A DNA stretch of 63,779 nucleotides, the filler included, from Nemertoderma westbladi (Eukaryota > Animalia > Xenacoelomorpha): the NCBI GenBank assembly GCA_032718475.1. It is 3 parts of 3 records of this genome, joined end to end, with 100 filler letters (N's around TTAATTAATTAA, not from the genome) between each part and the next. Parts side by side here need not be neighbours in the genome. Positions count along the whole stretch, not along the records: positions 25,974 to 57,334 come from JAUCBJ010005485.1; positions 57,435 to 63,779 come from JAUCBJ010002988.1; 1 more part is not named here. One strand, given 5' to 3'. Position numbers and translations under genes: made by a program. Below the pieces are notes generated by a model. The model did not search any database, had not been told where the DNA came from, and worked only from the letters and a program-made list of their open reading frames with translations. Shown in pieces: positions 50,500 to 63,779 of the stretch (within the stretch, counting starts at the first letter, position 1; each line of letters starts with the position of its first letter).

Positions 50500-50985
50500 G
50501 TAGTGTGTATGTACACTAGTGTGTATGTACACTAGTGTGTATGTACACTAGTGTGTATGTACACTAGTGTGTATGTACACTAGTGTGTATGTACACTAGT
50601 GTGTATGTACACTAGTGTGTATGTACACTAGTGTGTATGTACACTAAGTGTGTATGTACACTAGTGTGTATGTACACTAGTGTGTATGTACACTAGTGTA
50701 CACTAGTGTGTATGTACACTAGTGTGTAGTGTATGTACACTAGTGTGTATGTACACTAGTGTGTATGTACACTAGTGTGTATGTACACTAGTGTACATTA
50801 GTGTGTATGTACACTAGTGTGTATGTACACTAGTGTGTAGTGTATGTACACTAGTGTGTATGTACACTAGTGTGTATGTACACTAGTGTACACTAATGTG
50901 TATGTACACTAGTGTGTATGTACACTAGTGTGTATGTACACTAGTGTACACTAGTGTGTGTGTATGTACACTAGTGTGTATGTGT
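50500..50985. repeat. 14-bp minisatellite (gtgtatgtacacta)n rich in short palindromes
   Basis: Tandem units containing TGTACA and ACTAGT palindromes. Confidence 0.95.
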
Positions 50986-53900
50986 AATGGTTACAAGTAC
51001 ACAGTTAGTTTAGTTCGATTCTATTCTGCAGTGAGGCTGGTGTGCGAAAAAATTGTTGCGCTGAAACACATTTTGAAATTATGCCGTCATTGGCTGCTTT
51101 TTAGCTTAAGATTACCGGTACCTCACTACTCACTGGTTGCCCGCGTTCTTATTACATCTGCTTCCACAAACGACTGCGCTGGGACTGACTTTATTAAATC
51201 GATTCAGATTTGTAGTTTATTTGAATGGATTCTATTTTTTATTAAGTTGGTAGAGCGTTGGACTTTGAATCTCTAGGTACCGAGCCCACTTGCTAGTGAA
51301 TTTTTTTGGTAGTAAGATTGGTAGTATGTCATTCAAGGAGACAGTTCATGCGTTAGTAGACGGGGACCTTTTCGCGACTTCTCCCTGAAGATTTGCTTCC
51401 CCCGTTCGCTCTCCGCATAATTCAGGTAATCTTGTAATCCCTTACTCAGTGATTTATTCTACTAGCCAAACAATTGTTTTGCGTTCCACCTCCTATATTA
51501 CCCAGTTGCAGATTTATTTAATATATTTTATTTTAATTAATTTACAAAAGTTCTGTGAAAATAAATGTTCAAACCTGTCGCTCTAATATCTTGGAAATAT
51601 TCAAGTTATATAAAAATGGAAATCGGTTTAATATGATTTTCCACAGGAAATCGGTTTAATATGATTTTCCACAGGAAATCGGTTTAATATGATTTTTCAC
51701 AATGTTTCGTTTGTGTGCTTCTATTTTTTCCCACAACCCGTTAAGACGTATGGATGTGGCTGCTTATGATTACAGGTAAGTACAGTTAAACTGATGGATG
51801 GATGACAGACAGATAGGTGTGGTGGGTATTGTTTGGATATGTGCCCTTACAGCTCAAGCAGGTGTATCATCTATCTATATGTTATGTATTATACCCTATG
51901 TTATTTAAGTTAAACTAATTTAACTTTTATCAAACATATATAATTTATTGTTGACCGATAAATACACTCGCCGCGAATCACCAGAGTTGAATTATAAAGG
52001 CCATTGCAATTACTAATATTTGTAATTGATATATATATATCTTGCTTCATCGCCGTGTTAGGAATTATATTTAGTGGAACCTGTACTTAAAATGTGTAAT
52101 TTATTGTGTAAACAAAAGTTAATATTTTAGTGTTAAATATTCATCAGTTATTAATAATAATGTTTAAAAAAATATAGTAATTTTTAAATGTTGATTATTA
52201 TCTAGTAGGGCTATTTGAATATATATAATTGGCCTCACCAAATCACTAATCTACTATATTCTGGGCCTAAGTAAGTAGCCTAATAGCAGACCTTCTTTCT
52301 ACTGTTATATTTCACTTTGTAGTTTTCCCCCTCAATTGAAGAATACCAAATTGCTGAATATAACCAAAACAATCAACGAATTAGTCGATTCGATTCAACG
52401 AATCGAACGCGACTCACTTAATTAAGTAGGCCTACAAGGCCCTTAACTCAATTTTTATCATTTTACAGAGAAGCAAAAACTGTTTATTTTTGATGTAATA
52501 CGACATCTTTTCGTGAAATTTTTTCAATAATTATCAAATATTTGCTTTAGAAATACAATGATGATATAAAATAAGTAGTTCTTATGGGTGGGGGGGGGGG
52601 GGGGGGGGGGGGTGTAGATATCGGAGATGCGTCTTGTTTACGCATCAAATTTTTGTTGACTAGGATTTAGGGCTTTACATTTTTATCACGTAATGGAATA
52701 TGTACAAAATACTGAAAAACATTTCGGTAAGTATATTATAGTATAATGGATTTAGGGCCGCTTGTGCAAAAATATGAAAATCAATTGGAGTTAGGGCCCA
52801 TGTTTGAAGAGGTTACATTGTATTTATGGCTCTTTTACAAAAAATTGGGAACTAATTTGAATTAGGTATCATATTTAAACACCCATATCTCTAATTTAAT
52901 TAGCTGGAACTTTTCAAGAATACCACCATTGGATATAGCGATGTCGATTTGATGTCGAGCGTTTAGAAGAGCCTTTAGGTACCTATATAATATAGGAGAC
53001 TGTATTATTTGCTACAAACAAATACAATAAGTGCTGAATCTAACCAAAACGAAATATTGTATGTGCAGCAGTACAGGTTATAAGATAAAAATAAGCGATA
53101 TAAAACACTTAAAAGGGAGAAATTAAAACAAATCCAAATTCTTCGTATATAAATTTTCAATACAATTCTGACCGAAAATTGAAAACCTGGTATTCTTAAC
53201 ATGGGCGACATTCTGAGTTGTACTTGGCTTCACGGATGAATAGGCCGCTTCAGTGGCGCAGCCATAGGGGAGATATGTTGTCCCCACAACATATCATATG
53301 TCCCCAGCACTTTTTACACTTTGTATATTCAATTTAAATTTCAAATGTGTAATATTATGGTTTTGTTCAGAAATGGAAAAAATGAGAAAGGCCGACACCT
53401 TTAATTACAGTTGCATTAACAGCTCAACTCCAATTCATTTATAAATTTCAAATAATCATAACTAACTCTGCTAGGGTATTACATTATAACTATTAACTCC
53501 TACGTACATTTTAATCCTTCCCAACCCTGTAGCATATTTCCAAACACCATGGAATGTTTTTGCACGACAATATAAGTCACTTTATAATATAAGGTGTATT
53601 TCCATAACCCCACAATTTCGTAATATATTGTTTTGGTAAGAATAACTAAAATAAATTAAATGATAATAAAATGTGTTAATTTCCTGTGTCGAGATAACAA
53701 CTCGCCTTCGCTTTCAATCTACAAGAAGGTATTTTTAAATGAGACAGGGGGGGGGGGGGGGGGGGAAACTCGACGCAAATCCCATCTTGGCGAATTAATA
53801 TCCCGCCTCAATGTTAAATTCTCAATTTAGGGAAAGGAGCAGGTTACAGTGGCACGTTATTTTAACCAAAACAATAAACTAAGCACAATAGAACAGGTTA

Positions 53901-54801
53901 CAGTTTTATTTTTGAGAATAATCAGCTGTTATTTGCGTCGAATTTCCCCTGGAGAGGGATGAATCTTTATTGTGTCCAGTTTCCTCCCCTATCTGTTTTA
54001 AATAGGTATCTCTTTCGACATTTTTATCTTAGAGGGTTTGTTGGTAACGATGGGGAGATGTCGTTGTTACAGGGAAACTAATTCTTTGTTGAGCAAAATT
54101 ATATTTGGAATCCATCATCGAGATCTTTCGTTCTCCACCAACGAATCACTTTTAAGGTTGAAGAATAATTGAGTTGTAATTGGTTCAAACGTCAATCTGA
54201 AGAAAGCCAGGTTTTCACTTTTCAGTCGAAATTTTATTGTAATTGTATATCTGAAGAATTTGGACTTTTTTAATTTCTCATTAGGCCTACTAAGTATTAT
54301 ATAGCGCTATTTCTATATTTTAAACACTTTTTCAAACGCTTGTAGCTAAAGAAGGAAAGCGAAAATGAAGATTCTGACTCACCTAGTGAGGAGGGAGGTG
54401 AAATTATCGATGTTTCAAATTTCATACAATCTCATTAAGATTTGTAGAAAAACATTGTGTGTGGGGGGGTGGGGGGGGGGGGGGGGAGTAATGCAGGACC
54501 TAACATAATTTTATCGTCCCCCCCACTTTTTGGAACGTGGCTGCGCCCCTGGGCCGCTTGTTTAACCGTTACCTACTGTAAGAATTGCCTCAGAATGCCA
54601 ATCAATAGTGTCAAAAGACAAAGAAAAGATAGTTATAATAATAATGATCTTTAATAAATGTAATATTTAATATGAAACTATTATATGGTAGGTAAATAAC
54701 TCCAACCACCGTCACATCACCGATAATAATGAAATGATATTATTAAAAACAATTTTAACAATTTCCTTAAAAGCCAAGGAAATATTATGCATGCTCAATC
54801 C

Positions 54802-56169
54802 TTATAACCCCACAGTCTCAATGGTACAATTAACCCTTGACCTCTCAGCAGCAAACACCAACTTATGTGACCGAAATGTGTCTGCAATAGGAACCATGGA
54901 CTTGTCACCATTTGCGATGGCTTTAGTAAATGCGTTTGTCAAAAAAAAGTCAGCACCGTCATGTCCCCATCTCTTTGTTGTAGGAGCTATACGATCATCG
55001 TCAACTATTCTTTGTTTCTTCAGAACAAAATCATAGACAGTAATACCCTTTTCTGCAGATCCGTCCCAATTCAACTCACCTCTGGTCCCACAAATCTTTG
55101 TACTTCTATGGGTATGTGGAGTGAATGCATTCATTGTCATAGAAACTGTAGTTCCATTCTCGAATTCCATGTTTACCATCTGGTGATCACAAACATCATT
55201 GTCACAGGAATAAACACAACGACCGTATGGACCGGTTGATAGGGCTTCTGTGAGGGCAGCCCTGTATCCCTGTGGGTGATCTTCTATATCACAAACCACA
55301 GACCTTGGCCATCTAGGATGACTACAATCTCCTTGAAGGTAAATCTTTTGAGCCGAATAGGGACAACCCGCTTCCACTGGGCATTCGAAACACCTGTCCG
55401 CAGCTCCTTCTGGTTTCTGGGACTCCTTGAAGTGATATAAACCCCCGAATGATTGAATCTTCGTGCACCTTCTGTCACCCATCCAGTACATGATAAGGTC
55501 AATGTCATGGCAACACTTTGCCAAAAGGGAGAAGGTACTTGATTTGATATTTCTCCAGTTTCCTCTTACATAGCTGTGTGCAAAGTGCCAAAAACCAATA
55601 TTTTCTGTGTGATTTATCGTGACAATGTCACCCAACTCACCACTCTCAATGATTTCTCTGATCTTGAGACATGGAGGATGATACCTAAGAACATGACAAA
55701 CAGCAACTATTTCATCTCTACCTGAAAACTCTTTGGCCATAATATCACACTCCTCTTCTGATACTGACATCGGTTTCTCCAATAACAAGTGATAGCCCTT
55801 CCTAATAAATGCAATGGCTGGTTCCATATGAAGTTTGTCTGGAGTTGTAATTACTGCACAATCAGCCATTTTATCCATTGCAGCTAATTCTCTCCAGTCA
55901 GCTACAACTAAGTTGTTTGGTAGACCAAACTTCACACCAACTCTTTCTCGTCTATGTTGCAAAGGATCTGCAACCGCAACTACCTTCATTCGTTTTGGAA
56001 AGTTAATAGCAAACTCCCAATATGTTTTTGATCTTTGTCCTGCCCCTACAATGATGGCAGTGACCTGCCTTGATATAGGCCCATCTATATTTGCCCACTG
56101 CTCCTCTATGGTGTTGTCAGTGCACTCAGTGGCATGATGATCACCAATATTCAATATATTTACATCCAT
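54802..56169 (-). CDS. Gfo/Idh/MocA-family NAD(P)-dependent oxidoreductase, single coding exon
   Basis: IIVGAGQRS Rossmann motif, ITTPDKLH, LLLEKPM, VCHVLRY, WHFAHSYVRGNWR, KCCHDIDL, GPYGRCVY.CDNDVCDHQ, GHDGAD. Confidence 0.92.
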   Translation of the reverse strand: MDVNILNIGDHHATECTDNTIEEQWANIDGPISRQVTAIIVGAGQRSKTYWEFAINFPKRMKVVAVADPLQHRRERVGVKFGLPNNLVVADWRELAAMDKMADCAVITTPDKLHMEPAIAFIRKGYHLLLEKPMSVSEEECDIMAKEFSGRDEIVAVCHVLRYHPPCLKIREIIESGELGDIVTINHTENIGFWHFAHSYVRGNWRNIKSSTFSLLAKCCHDIDLIMYWMGDRRCTKIQSFGGLYHFKESQKPEGAADRCFECPVEAGCPYSAQKIYLQGDCSHPRWPRSVVCDIEDHPQGYRAALTEALSTGPYGRCVYSCDNDVCDHQMVNMEFENGTTVSMTMNAFTPHTHRSTKICGTRGELNWDGSAEKGITVYDFVLKKQRIVDDDRIAPTTKRWGHDGADFFLTNAFTKAIANGDKSMVPIADTFRSHKLVFAAERSRVNCTIETVGL

Positions 56170-57334
56170 CGTGAAAGGTAATTTATGTTTTCACAGGAAC
56201 ATATTATCACTTGTATTGAAACATATCACACTAATTAAAATCATTTAAAAAGTACGTAGTAGGTCATTTAAAAGAAGTCATTTAATGGTACTCAGCAAAC
56301 TTCGCCCGCGACCAATAGTAGACCTAATATATATGTACTGTACAGTACACGTACAGTAGGCATTGGCATATATACAGTACTTTCTAATTTCTATATATTA
56401 TACTTTCTATACACTGACCAGCGTACTTTGCCAGATGTGCTTCTGTTTGGTTTATAATTATAATATGTGCAATTGTTTTTATTATTGCTCTGGCGACATT
56501 AATAACATAACATAACACAATATAACATAACAATCTTCGCCCTCAAAATGAGCAACTATCGCCCGGCGGAAACCTTCGCCCGCAACTCCGAGCATTCTTC
56601 GCCCAATAAACAATTATTGTTTTGGTTAGAAAAAGCCGTCTCTGTAACCTGCTCCTTTCCCTCAATTAGTAACACCATCGTTTATTGTTTTGGTTAGAAA
56701 AAGCCGTCTCTGTAACCTGCTCCTTTCCCTCAATTTGTCACTAAAATGGTTACTAACACAAACATTATTGGGTGAAGGTTGCTCGCGGGCGAAGATTGCC
56801 TTGCGGGCGAAGGTTTCCCACGGGAAAAGGTTGTACGCGGGCGAAGATTGGACGCGGGCGAAGGTTGTACGCGGACGAAGGTACGTGGGCGAAGATTGCA
56901 CCCAACCCCTAATATGGCGCTAGGCAAAAACTCCCCGCCCCCTTATGGGCAATCTCGCCTGGGGCATCGAAACTACAGTTCTGTATTGTTAATTGATTGA
57001 TATTTTCCAAATATTGAGCGCAAGTTGGGTAATATCACATTTGAGGCTCAGTGGTAAGAAATTTTTCGGTCTATTCCCCTATGCCCATGGCGAACCACTT
57101 ATACTTCTGTAGATTTTTACTAATTCCTAAAAATATCCCTAATCCTAAAAAAAATTATAATTCCACAATTCCAAAAATATGCACTGAATAATAATTGCTT
57201 AATACTGTAATAATAATTTTCGTAATTGACTTAAAAAGGCCTATAATTATTTATAATTACATTGGGGTCCGACCTATTATATACTGGTATTTGTATACTA
57301 CAGTACTATCTATATATATAGGGCCTACTAATAT

Positions 57335-57434
57335 NNNNNNNNNNNNNNNNNNNNNNNNNNNNNNNNNNNNNNNNNNNNTTAATTAATTAANNNNNNNNNN
57401 NNNNNNNNNNNNNNNNNNNNNNNNNNNNNNNNNN
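57335..57434. other. Artificial contig-joining spacer
   Basis: 44 N + TTAATTAATTAA + 44 N. Confidence 0.95.
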
Positions 57435-59169
57435 ATATCATATCCAAATAACTATGATTTTCAGCGTTTTCCGATGCGGACAAATTATCTTTTTGATTTA
57501 GGTTTAAGGTAGAAAAAATATCATTGTTATAGAGAGAAACAATTTTTGAATTTTGGGGAATCATTTTGAAAAGATGAGTGGTCATAATGACAATGCCCTT
57601 TGATTGGCAATGCCTTATGCAGTTATCACACAATTTCTTTGCAACACTGCTATCAACAGCGGCAATGGGATCATCCATGATATATATATTGGCTTTGGAG
57701 TAAACGGCTCTTGCTAGAGAAATACGCGCCTTTTGACCTCCAGACAATGAGATACCTTTCTCACCAACCAATGTATTATCACCTTCTGTAAAGAGCAAAA
57801 GGTCCAGTGTCAAACAACACATATCAATAACTTCTTGATACCATTCATCTTCAAAAGAATGTCCCAATAATATGTTTTCTCTTACTGTACCTGAAAATAT
57901 GAATGGGGTTTGTGATACATAAGCAAGTTTCCCACTCTTGTTAATATAACCTGTTTCTAATGGCAACTCTCCTAGCAAAGCTTGCAGTAACGTCGTCTTT
58001 CCAGAACCAACTGGTCCTATCACATATACTATCTCACCAAAATTCACTTGGAATGAAACATCATGTATAACATATCCATTGGTAGTTGACCATCTTATAG
58101 AAATATTTATTGCATTTATATATATATCGGATGGGTGGGCCTTTTTTAATGATTGCAGATCATTGTTACATTCCGCAATGCTGTTAAGGTTACAAGTAAA
58201 ACCGACCAATTTGTCTATTCTTTGAGTAACTGCATGCAATTCCCCAAAATCGCGCAGGGCAACAACAAAACCAATTACAGTGCTGATTAAGTTGGCTAGA
58301 ATAATGGTAGAACTGACAAGTACAATCATATCGAATTGATAGCCAAGTGATGTATGGAGAACGAAAAGACAGAACAAAACTATAGTGATATATGCAAAGT
58401 TTAACTCTGTATAGAATGAATGACAATACATTATTTTACAGATTTGGGAGAATTCTTTGCTCCGTACGTTTTCTAAAACTTTTACAAATAGTTCCTCCCA
58501 TGCATAGGCTTTAACAGCTTTTATGCCAACCAAGATTTCACTTAGCAGTGTGATACGTCTGTCTGTTAACAATTGAGCTCTACCGCGCAGAATAGAGAAC
58601 AGCTTCGCAAGACTCATACTCAAAGGAAGAACCAAGATTACAAGAAACATCCCAAAAATACCAGATAATTCCAAATAGTAATACATTAGTGGAAAGCTGA
58701 GAATAATTACAACTGGTGTTGCAATTATATGTGTGCCAACTGTTGCAATTTCATCAAATCTCCCAACATCTGAAGACAATAAATTTGTATAAAGTCCAAT
58801 TGTGGTTTCATGAATTTCCATTGTGTTTAATGTTAAGAGTTTTCTGTATTTGAGACAACTACATCCAACTCTCAGCTTTGTACACAACAATGTAAAGTAA
58901 AATGTAGAATTAGTCATGGCGATTGTTGATATAATTGATGCAATGGCAATTATTCCGCAATCTAGCAATGCCATATCTCGTGAAATGTTGGTATCATCTT
59001 TCAAGTAGTAGACAATCAATCGTTCTAGGAATATCACACGAACCACAAGTATTGCGTCATTTAATGCGTGTAAGAAGCCACAGAAAACGAATTCCTTGTA
59101 ATACACTCTAATTAATGTTGAGACTATATTTAGTTTATACAATCTTGTTGATACTCTGCCTTTGTCAGC
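57435..59169 (-). CDS. ABCC/MRP4-like ABC transporter, TMD1 + NBD1 in one large exon, cut by the contig end
   Basis: NLLSSDVGRFD, TDRRITLLSEILVGIKAVKAYAWE, Walker A GPVGSGKTT, Q-loop YVSQTP, signature LSGGQKARISLARAVY, Walker B IYIMDDP. Likely acceptor ttatttgcag|GCT at 59169. Confidence 0.9.
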
Positions 59170-59589
59170 CTGCAAATAATTAACAATAAAATCATTAAAT
59201 TGGGAGTTTATAAATATATATCTAATATATATATAAAAACTGCAGTACAGAAACATACAGTATTAGCTACATCATTAGGATTCAGGATCATAGCCAGGAG
59301 AGAGAGCGGCCAACAATTCTGTGAGTCCCTTTCCTGATGACCTTTCTGGCCCTTACCCTGGCAGGTCAGATTGTGAGGGGGGAGGGGGATTCTTGAATTG
59401 GAGGCTACTCTCATGTTCCACCCCGACCAAGACCAACCAAGCCATTGGTGAACCTACAGTGATAGTGTCAACCGAAATTCAGTCTATCTTCAGGACTTCA
59501 TCTCTGGAAATTGATTGTTCTCGGCTGGGATCCAGTTCAAGAAGAGAACTGCAAAGCTGTGGATACATACTTTTACCCAGTGGTCAATA

Positions 59590-62130
59590 TTCTGTAGAGA
59601 TAGTCCGATAGACCATATTCTGTTTCGTAGGAAATTATGGAGCTCTGTACAAGACTAGTAGTGCATTTACACTTAGACCCTTATCCAGTGATCACCATCA
59701 TATTGTGGCTTAAGGTAAGACTTAGTCTCCACACTGCAAAACTAAGAAATCTACCTTGTCATTGATTGATTGGTCCTTGATTGGTCCAATGATTGGAGGA
59801 TTTGGTTTCATACTAGAAGTGAGCAACAGGTAGGAGAACCTTGCATCTGAGGCAACAGATCATTGTGAGGGCTATACTGCCTTCACAAAGGCAGTTAAGA
59901 CAGCAGCTGCGAAAACAGTTAATGCATACCCTCAAAGCAGGAAAGAGGCACCCTGGACAGAGCACCGAATTTGGAAGTGCCGAGAACATCCCACTAAGGC
60001 ACAGAAAGAGTCCTGAATCAAACAGACTACAGTGGCTAAGAATTTAAATATGACTGCATCTAGGTGCATGAACTGGCAGTACTCTGATACTGATAAAATC
60101 TATAGGAGCTTATCAACCAGTAGGTTGATGCCGTTATTGATGCCATCGACAGCAGGCAATCATCCCAGGCATAGAACTCGATCAACTTGCTAACTGGGCG
60201 GAAAAGCCAATCAACCACCAGGATTAATGCAGATTTACCAGCCGATCACCTCAATGGTTGGAAGGCCTACCTTTAAAATCTCCTCAATAATGACAGGTTA
60301 GTATGTCTCTAGCATCTTTCCATGCAGTGGGAGTCCCCATTGCGAGCCGATGTAATTTTTGTTTAGCTGGCAGGGTTTAATTTCATTGTAGCTGATAATG
60401 ACATAATGACTGTCTGATACTTTCTGATGTAAAAGTCTGAAATGGACCTACTGGTACCTATTACTAGTACGAACAACCTGAACATGCTGAAGCTTTTCAT
60501 ACTAGTACTACTACTACTATAATCGGCCTGCTGCATTGAAACTGCACATTGAGATGCTTTGCCAGCTTTACAAAAACATTTTATCCCCACCATGTAATCC
60601 ACAATTGGCAAACAAGCATGCATTAATAATGCTTTGCTGGCATATCAACAAAGTTGCACTGCCACAACTCCCTATACCCATGATATTATCTACATCTTCA
60701 ACGCCAGTGTCCTTTATGTGGCGTCTCACGAAAGTCGTGGGCTGTCCACCATGCTTATTTTCTCCATGGGGCTGTATGTACAAGATTGTGCACAGGCTGT
60801 TCCTCATGGCTAAAACAATGCCCTGAAAAGCGGAGGCGGCACTGTTCTAGTGTGAAGCTTGGGGGAACCAATGAGATTCCTTCACTTCTCAGCAAAGTAG
60901 ATATCCAATGGGAATATCTGGGACTACAGATTCAGACACTTTTACTTCTATAAAGTTATCAGGCAATACCCTGTCATTATTGAGGAGCTTTCGAAAGTGG
61001 GCCTTCCAACCATTGAAGTGATCGGCTGGTGATTCGGCCTTAACCTTGCTTTTTCGAGTACCTCCAGAGAAGTACATCTATGGAACTTTTCGGGGAATGT
61101 CGTTAAATCTCGATTACTGCAAAGTTAGAGAATAGAATTCTATTAAATCGCATCAGTGATCCCATTAAGAGACTGCTACGCAGAAATCAAAATAGGTTCT
61201 GTAAAGGTCGTGGGTACATGGAGCCCATTTTAGCACTTAGAAGGATAATTGAAGAGTTATAAAAAAAGATGGACGGACAGGCTGTTATCTTTGTTGACTT
61301 CTTCAAGGCCCTTGATTCAGTCTGTCGCTCATGTATGTTTAGCATACTTTTTAATTATATGGGATGCCTGATGAAATTATTGCAGCGATCAGATCAGTAT
61401 ACAATGGTGCGACTACATTTGAGTCTACTGTTGATGGTGACATAGATCCATTCAAAGTGTTGCGGGCAATCCTTCAGGGTGACACACTTCCGCCATTCGT
61501 ATTCATAATAGTGGTTGAATATGTTCTACGCCTTGGCTCCAGAAGTCGAGGAAATCCAGCCAAGGACCTAACTGATACATTCTTTTCTGATGAATTAGGT
61601 ATGCTCGCAGAGTTACTAGAGGGAGCCCAACGGCTCTTCAGCTCGTTAGAACAGGATGTATCTAGTGTTGGTCTTTTTCGTTAACTCCAAGAAGACCAAA
61701 ATTTCGACTGTTAACTTTGAAAGACCTCAAGAAATATCTGATCGTATGAGCATAAGCTCAACAGATGGTATGCTTGAGTATGTGGACGACTTCTGTTATC
61801 TGGGATCATGGATCCGGAAGTCAGGTGAGGACCTTCGAATACGTAAGGGAAAGGCATGGGCAGCCTTGAATAGGCTTTCCACGATATGGAATTCACACAG
61901 AATAAATTATAAACTTAAGGTCCGATTATTTAGAGCAGCAATAGGCCTACCAGTACTCCTCTATGGGAGTCCATGCTGGGCTTTAACTGCTGAAGACACC
62001 ATATCTCTGGATCGCCCATTCACAATAATGATATTTCGGGTTCACTGTGTCAAGTGCATACATGCACACATCTCCAAGCTCCAACCACACACTATATACA
62101 TTAGAGGTGTCTCATTGGTTTATCCCCAAA
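59590..62130. mobile_element. Cluster of scrambled RTE-like LINE fragments: + 59590-60300 (end of APE domain and linker), - 60500-61045, + 61200-62130 (RT)
   Basis: IDHILF...SDHH..VRLSL; IFVDFFKALDSV, ILQGDTLPPFVFIIV, NSKKTK, DDFCYLGSWIRKSGEDL shared with 37929-38560. Confidence 0.8.
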
Positions 62131-62509
62131 GCTCCTCTTCCCCATGTGGTCATACAGACCATCCGTCATCGTAAAATCGGTACCAGCAACTGGCTTTCCA
62201 AATCAAATAAATTAATTTTATCTTTATTTTGGTTACTGCGCTCCAACACACTAGTTACACCCGCGTTAATAATCTTAATAGGTTGTTGGTTGTTTCACCG
62301 CAAAGGTTTAAAAGCGTTGGTGTCATTTAGAATGTCGTTATGAACTTTCCCAATGTATCTGGCCCGGTCCATAATAGCAAAAACGCCACTTTTATCTCCT
62401 TTCTTAATGATAATTTATTTATTAGATTTACGTTTAATTAGTGCACGTTCCTCTGTTTGAGATAAGTTTCTAGTAGGTCACTGTGACGAATGCGTGAGTT
62501 GAAATTGCG

Positions 62510-62787
62510 GGCCCATGTGAAGAATACCAGACTTTCTGCCGTTATATTTCACTTTGCAGTTACCCCCATGTGAAGAATACCAGGTTTTCACCAAGACCAC
62601 AGGTTACAGAAGGGCTGAATCTAACCAAAACAATAAACGAATTAGTATATGTACAGGTTATAAGACAGAAAAAAGCGCTATAAAACACTTAATAAAGATA
62701 AATTAAAAAAAATAAAAAATCTTCATATATAAAATTCCAATAAAAAGTCGACCGAAAAGTGAAATCCTGGTATTCTTCACATGGGCG
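62510..62787. mobile_element. MITE with 20-bp TIR and 8-9-bp TSD; related, more decayed copy at ~52260-53208
   Basis: gcccatgtgaagaataccag (62511-62530) / ctggtattcttcacatgggc (62767-62786); gaaattgcg at 62501-62509 and 62787-62795. Confidence 0.85.
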
Positions 62788-63779
62788 AAATTGCGTAAAC
62801 ATTTACATTATCGAATCCTTGAGATCTCCGAAATTCCGTTCTAGTTGTGCAAAAATGGTGTCTGGTGGTGGGTGGGTATTGATACACATTTAGAAATTGA
62901 ATTATTCGAAGTAGATTTGGTTGTTGGTTTTCTGACAGGATTGTATCAGTACTGATACCAAGGGCACCAGTAGTGGTAACAAAGGAACTGCTACCAGCAA
63001 CTGCGCCGGTCGATGAACCAGCAGTGTAACTAGCAGTGGTAGGCATAACCACAGCAATCGTGGCGGTGATACCGGATGTTATGCGACACTAATACAGCAA
63101 GTTGCTCCAGCAGTAGTGCAAATAACCTTTCCGCTAATATTTATCGCATTACGTTCTTCTGTCTGTCTGTCTGTTCCGCTCTCCAACGCGCTCTGTACAC
63201 GTAACATTCTAGGCTGATGATGATCTCTTCCATTGCGATTGGTCGAGGGTCCGCTGGGTTGCGAACTGTACGCCTTTACTATCTCTTTGCATACTGTACC
63301 ACGTGGCACAGTTTTGTAATTCATCTGTATGTTTGAGTCAGGTTTGTTGGGAAAACCGAGATTTCGTGACATTTCCTAAAATTTAATGGGCTATCCAAAA
63401 GAACAAACGCCATTTACATGGCTATATTAGTTTTCGTGCTGTGGTCCCTTTCTGGCACCCATCTCCAGTATTTTTCTTGCTAAAATTTTCAAAAGGTTTT
63501 ATGACTCACTAAAATTTATTTATTTGCGGTATATAGCGGTTTTTTGGATGATCTGATCACGATTATAGAACTCAAATATAACATTAGAGAACATTCTTGG
63601 TAATTTTGAATGTGCCCTCTGGGGCTCGAAAAAAAACAAGTGTGCAAATTTGATAATGAAAAATCACCCCAAAATCAAATTGATTTTATGACCATATACG
63701 TTTTTTTGGATGCTGATCACGAATATGACACTTATTGACTTAAAATATATCGTACATTGTTGATTAGGGAATTTTTGGA

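Noticed and set aside
56530-56930. Clusters of ttcgccc / gggcgaag in opposite orientations
   Set aside because: Likely subterminal repeats of a small TIR element, but termini and TSD could not be defined.
62777-63372. Thr/Ser/Ala-rich minus-strand ORFs
   Set aside because: Short, stop-interrupted, no recognisable family; cannot support a gene call.

Overview
AT-rich, transposon-dense genomic DNA from a eukaryote, most likely an invertebrate animal (spliced genes, animal-type ERM/SLC12A8/SLC17/ABCC genes). It is three contigs joined by identical N44-TTAATTAATTAA-N44 spacers (25874-25973, 57335-57434). Host genes: a two-exon SLC17/sialin-like transporter, the last two exons of an ERM (moesin-like) gene, an intronless SLC12A8, an intronless Gfo/Idh/MocA oxidoreductase and the N-terminal half of an ABCC/MRP4-like transporter. 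Mobile DNA: an apparently intact Penelope-like element (PLE; RT+GIY-YIG) followed by a minimal hammerhead ribozyme; a second, decayed PLE split by a TIR transposon with a 2-bp TSD; a CRE-type endonuclease relic; many RTE-like LINE fragments; Helentron/HINE-like elements; MITEs; several large satellites. The most unusual feature is a Bel/Pao LTR retrotransposon remnant. Between pol and its 3' LTR it carries an intact 815-aa extra ORF with a DEDDy exonuclease-like domain (catalytic motifs altered) and CCHC-type zinc knuckles. Its LTR holds five ~84-nt stem-loop repeats with compensatory base changes. This could be an element-encoded RNA-binding protein plus cognate RNA element, which is an inference. 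All protein calls are by motif recognition, with no database search.
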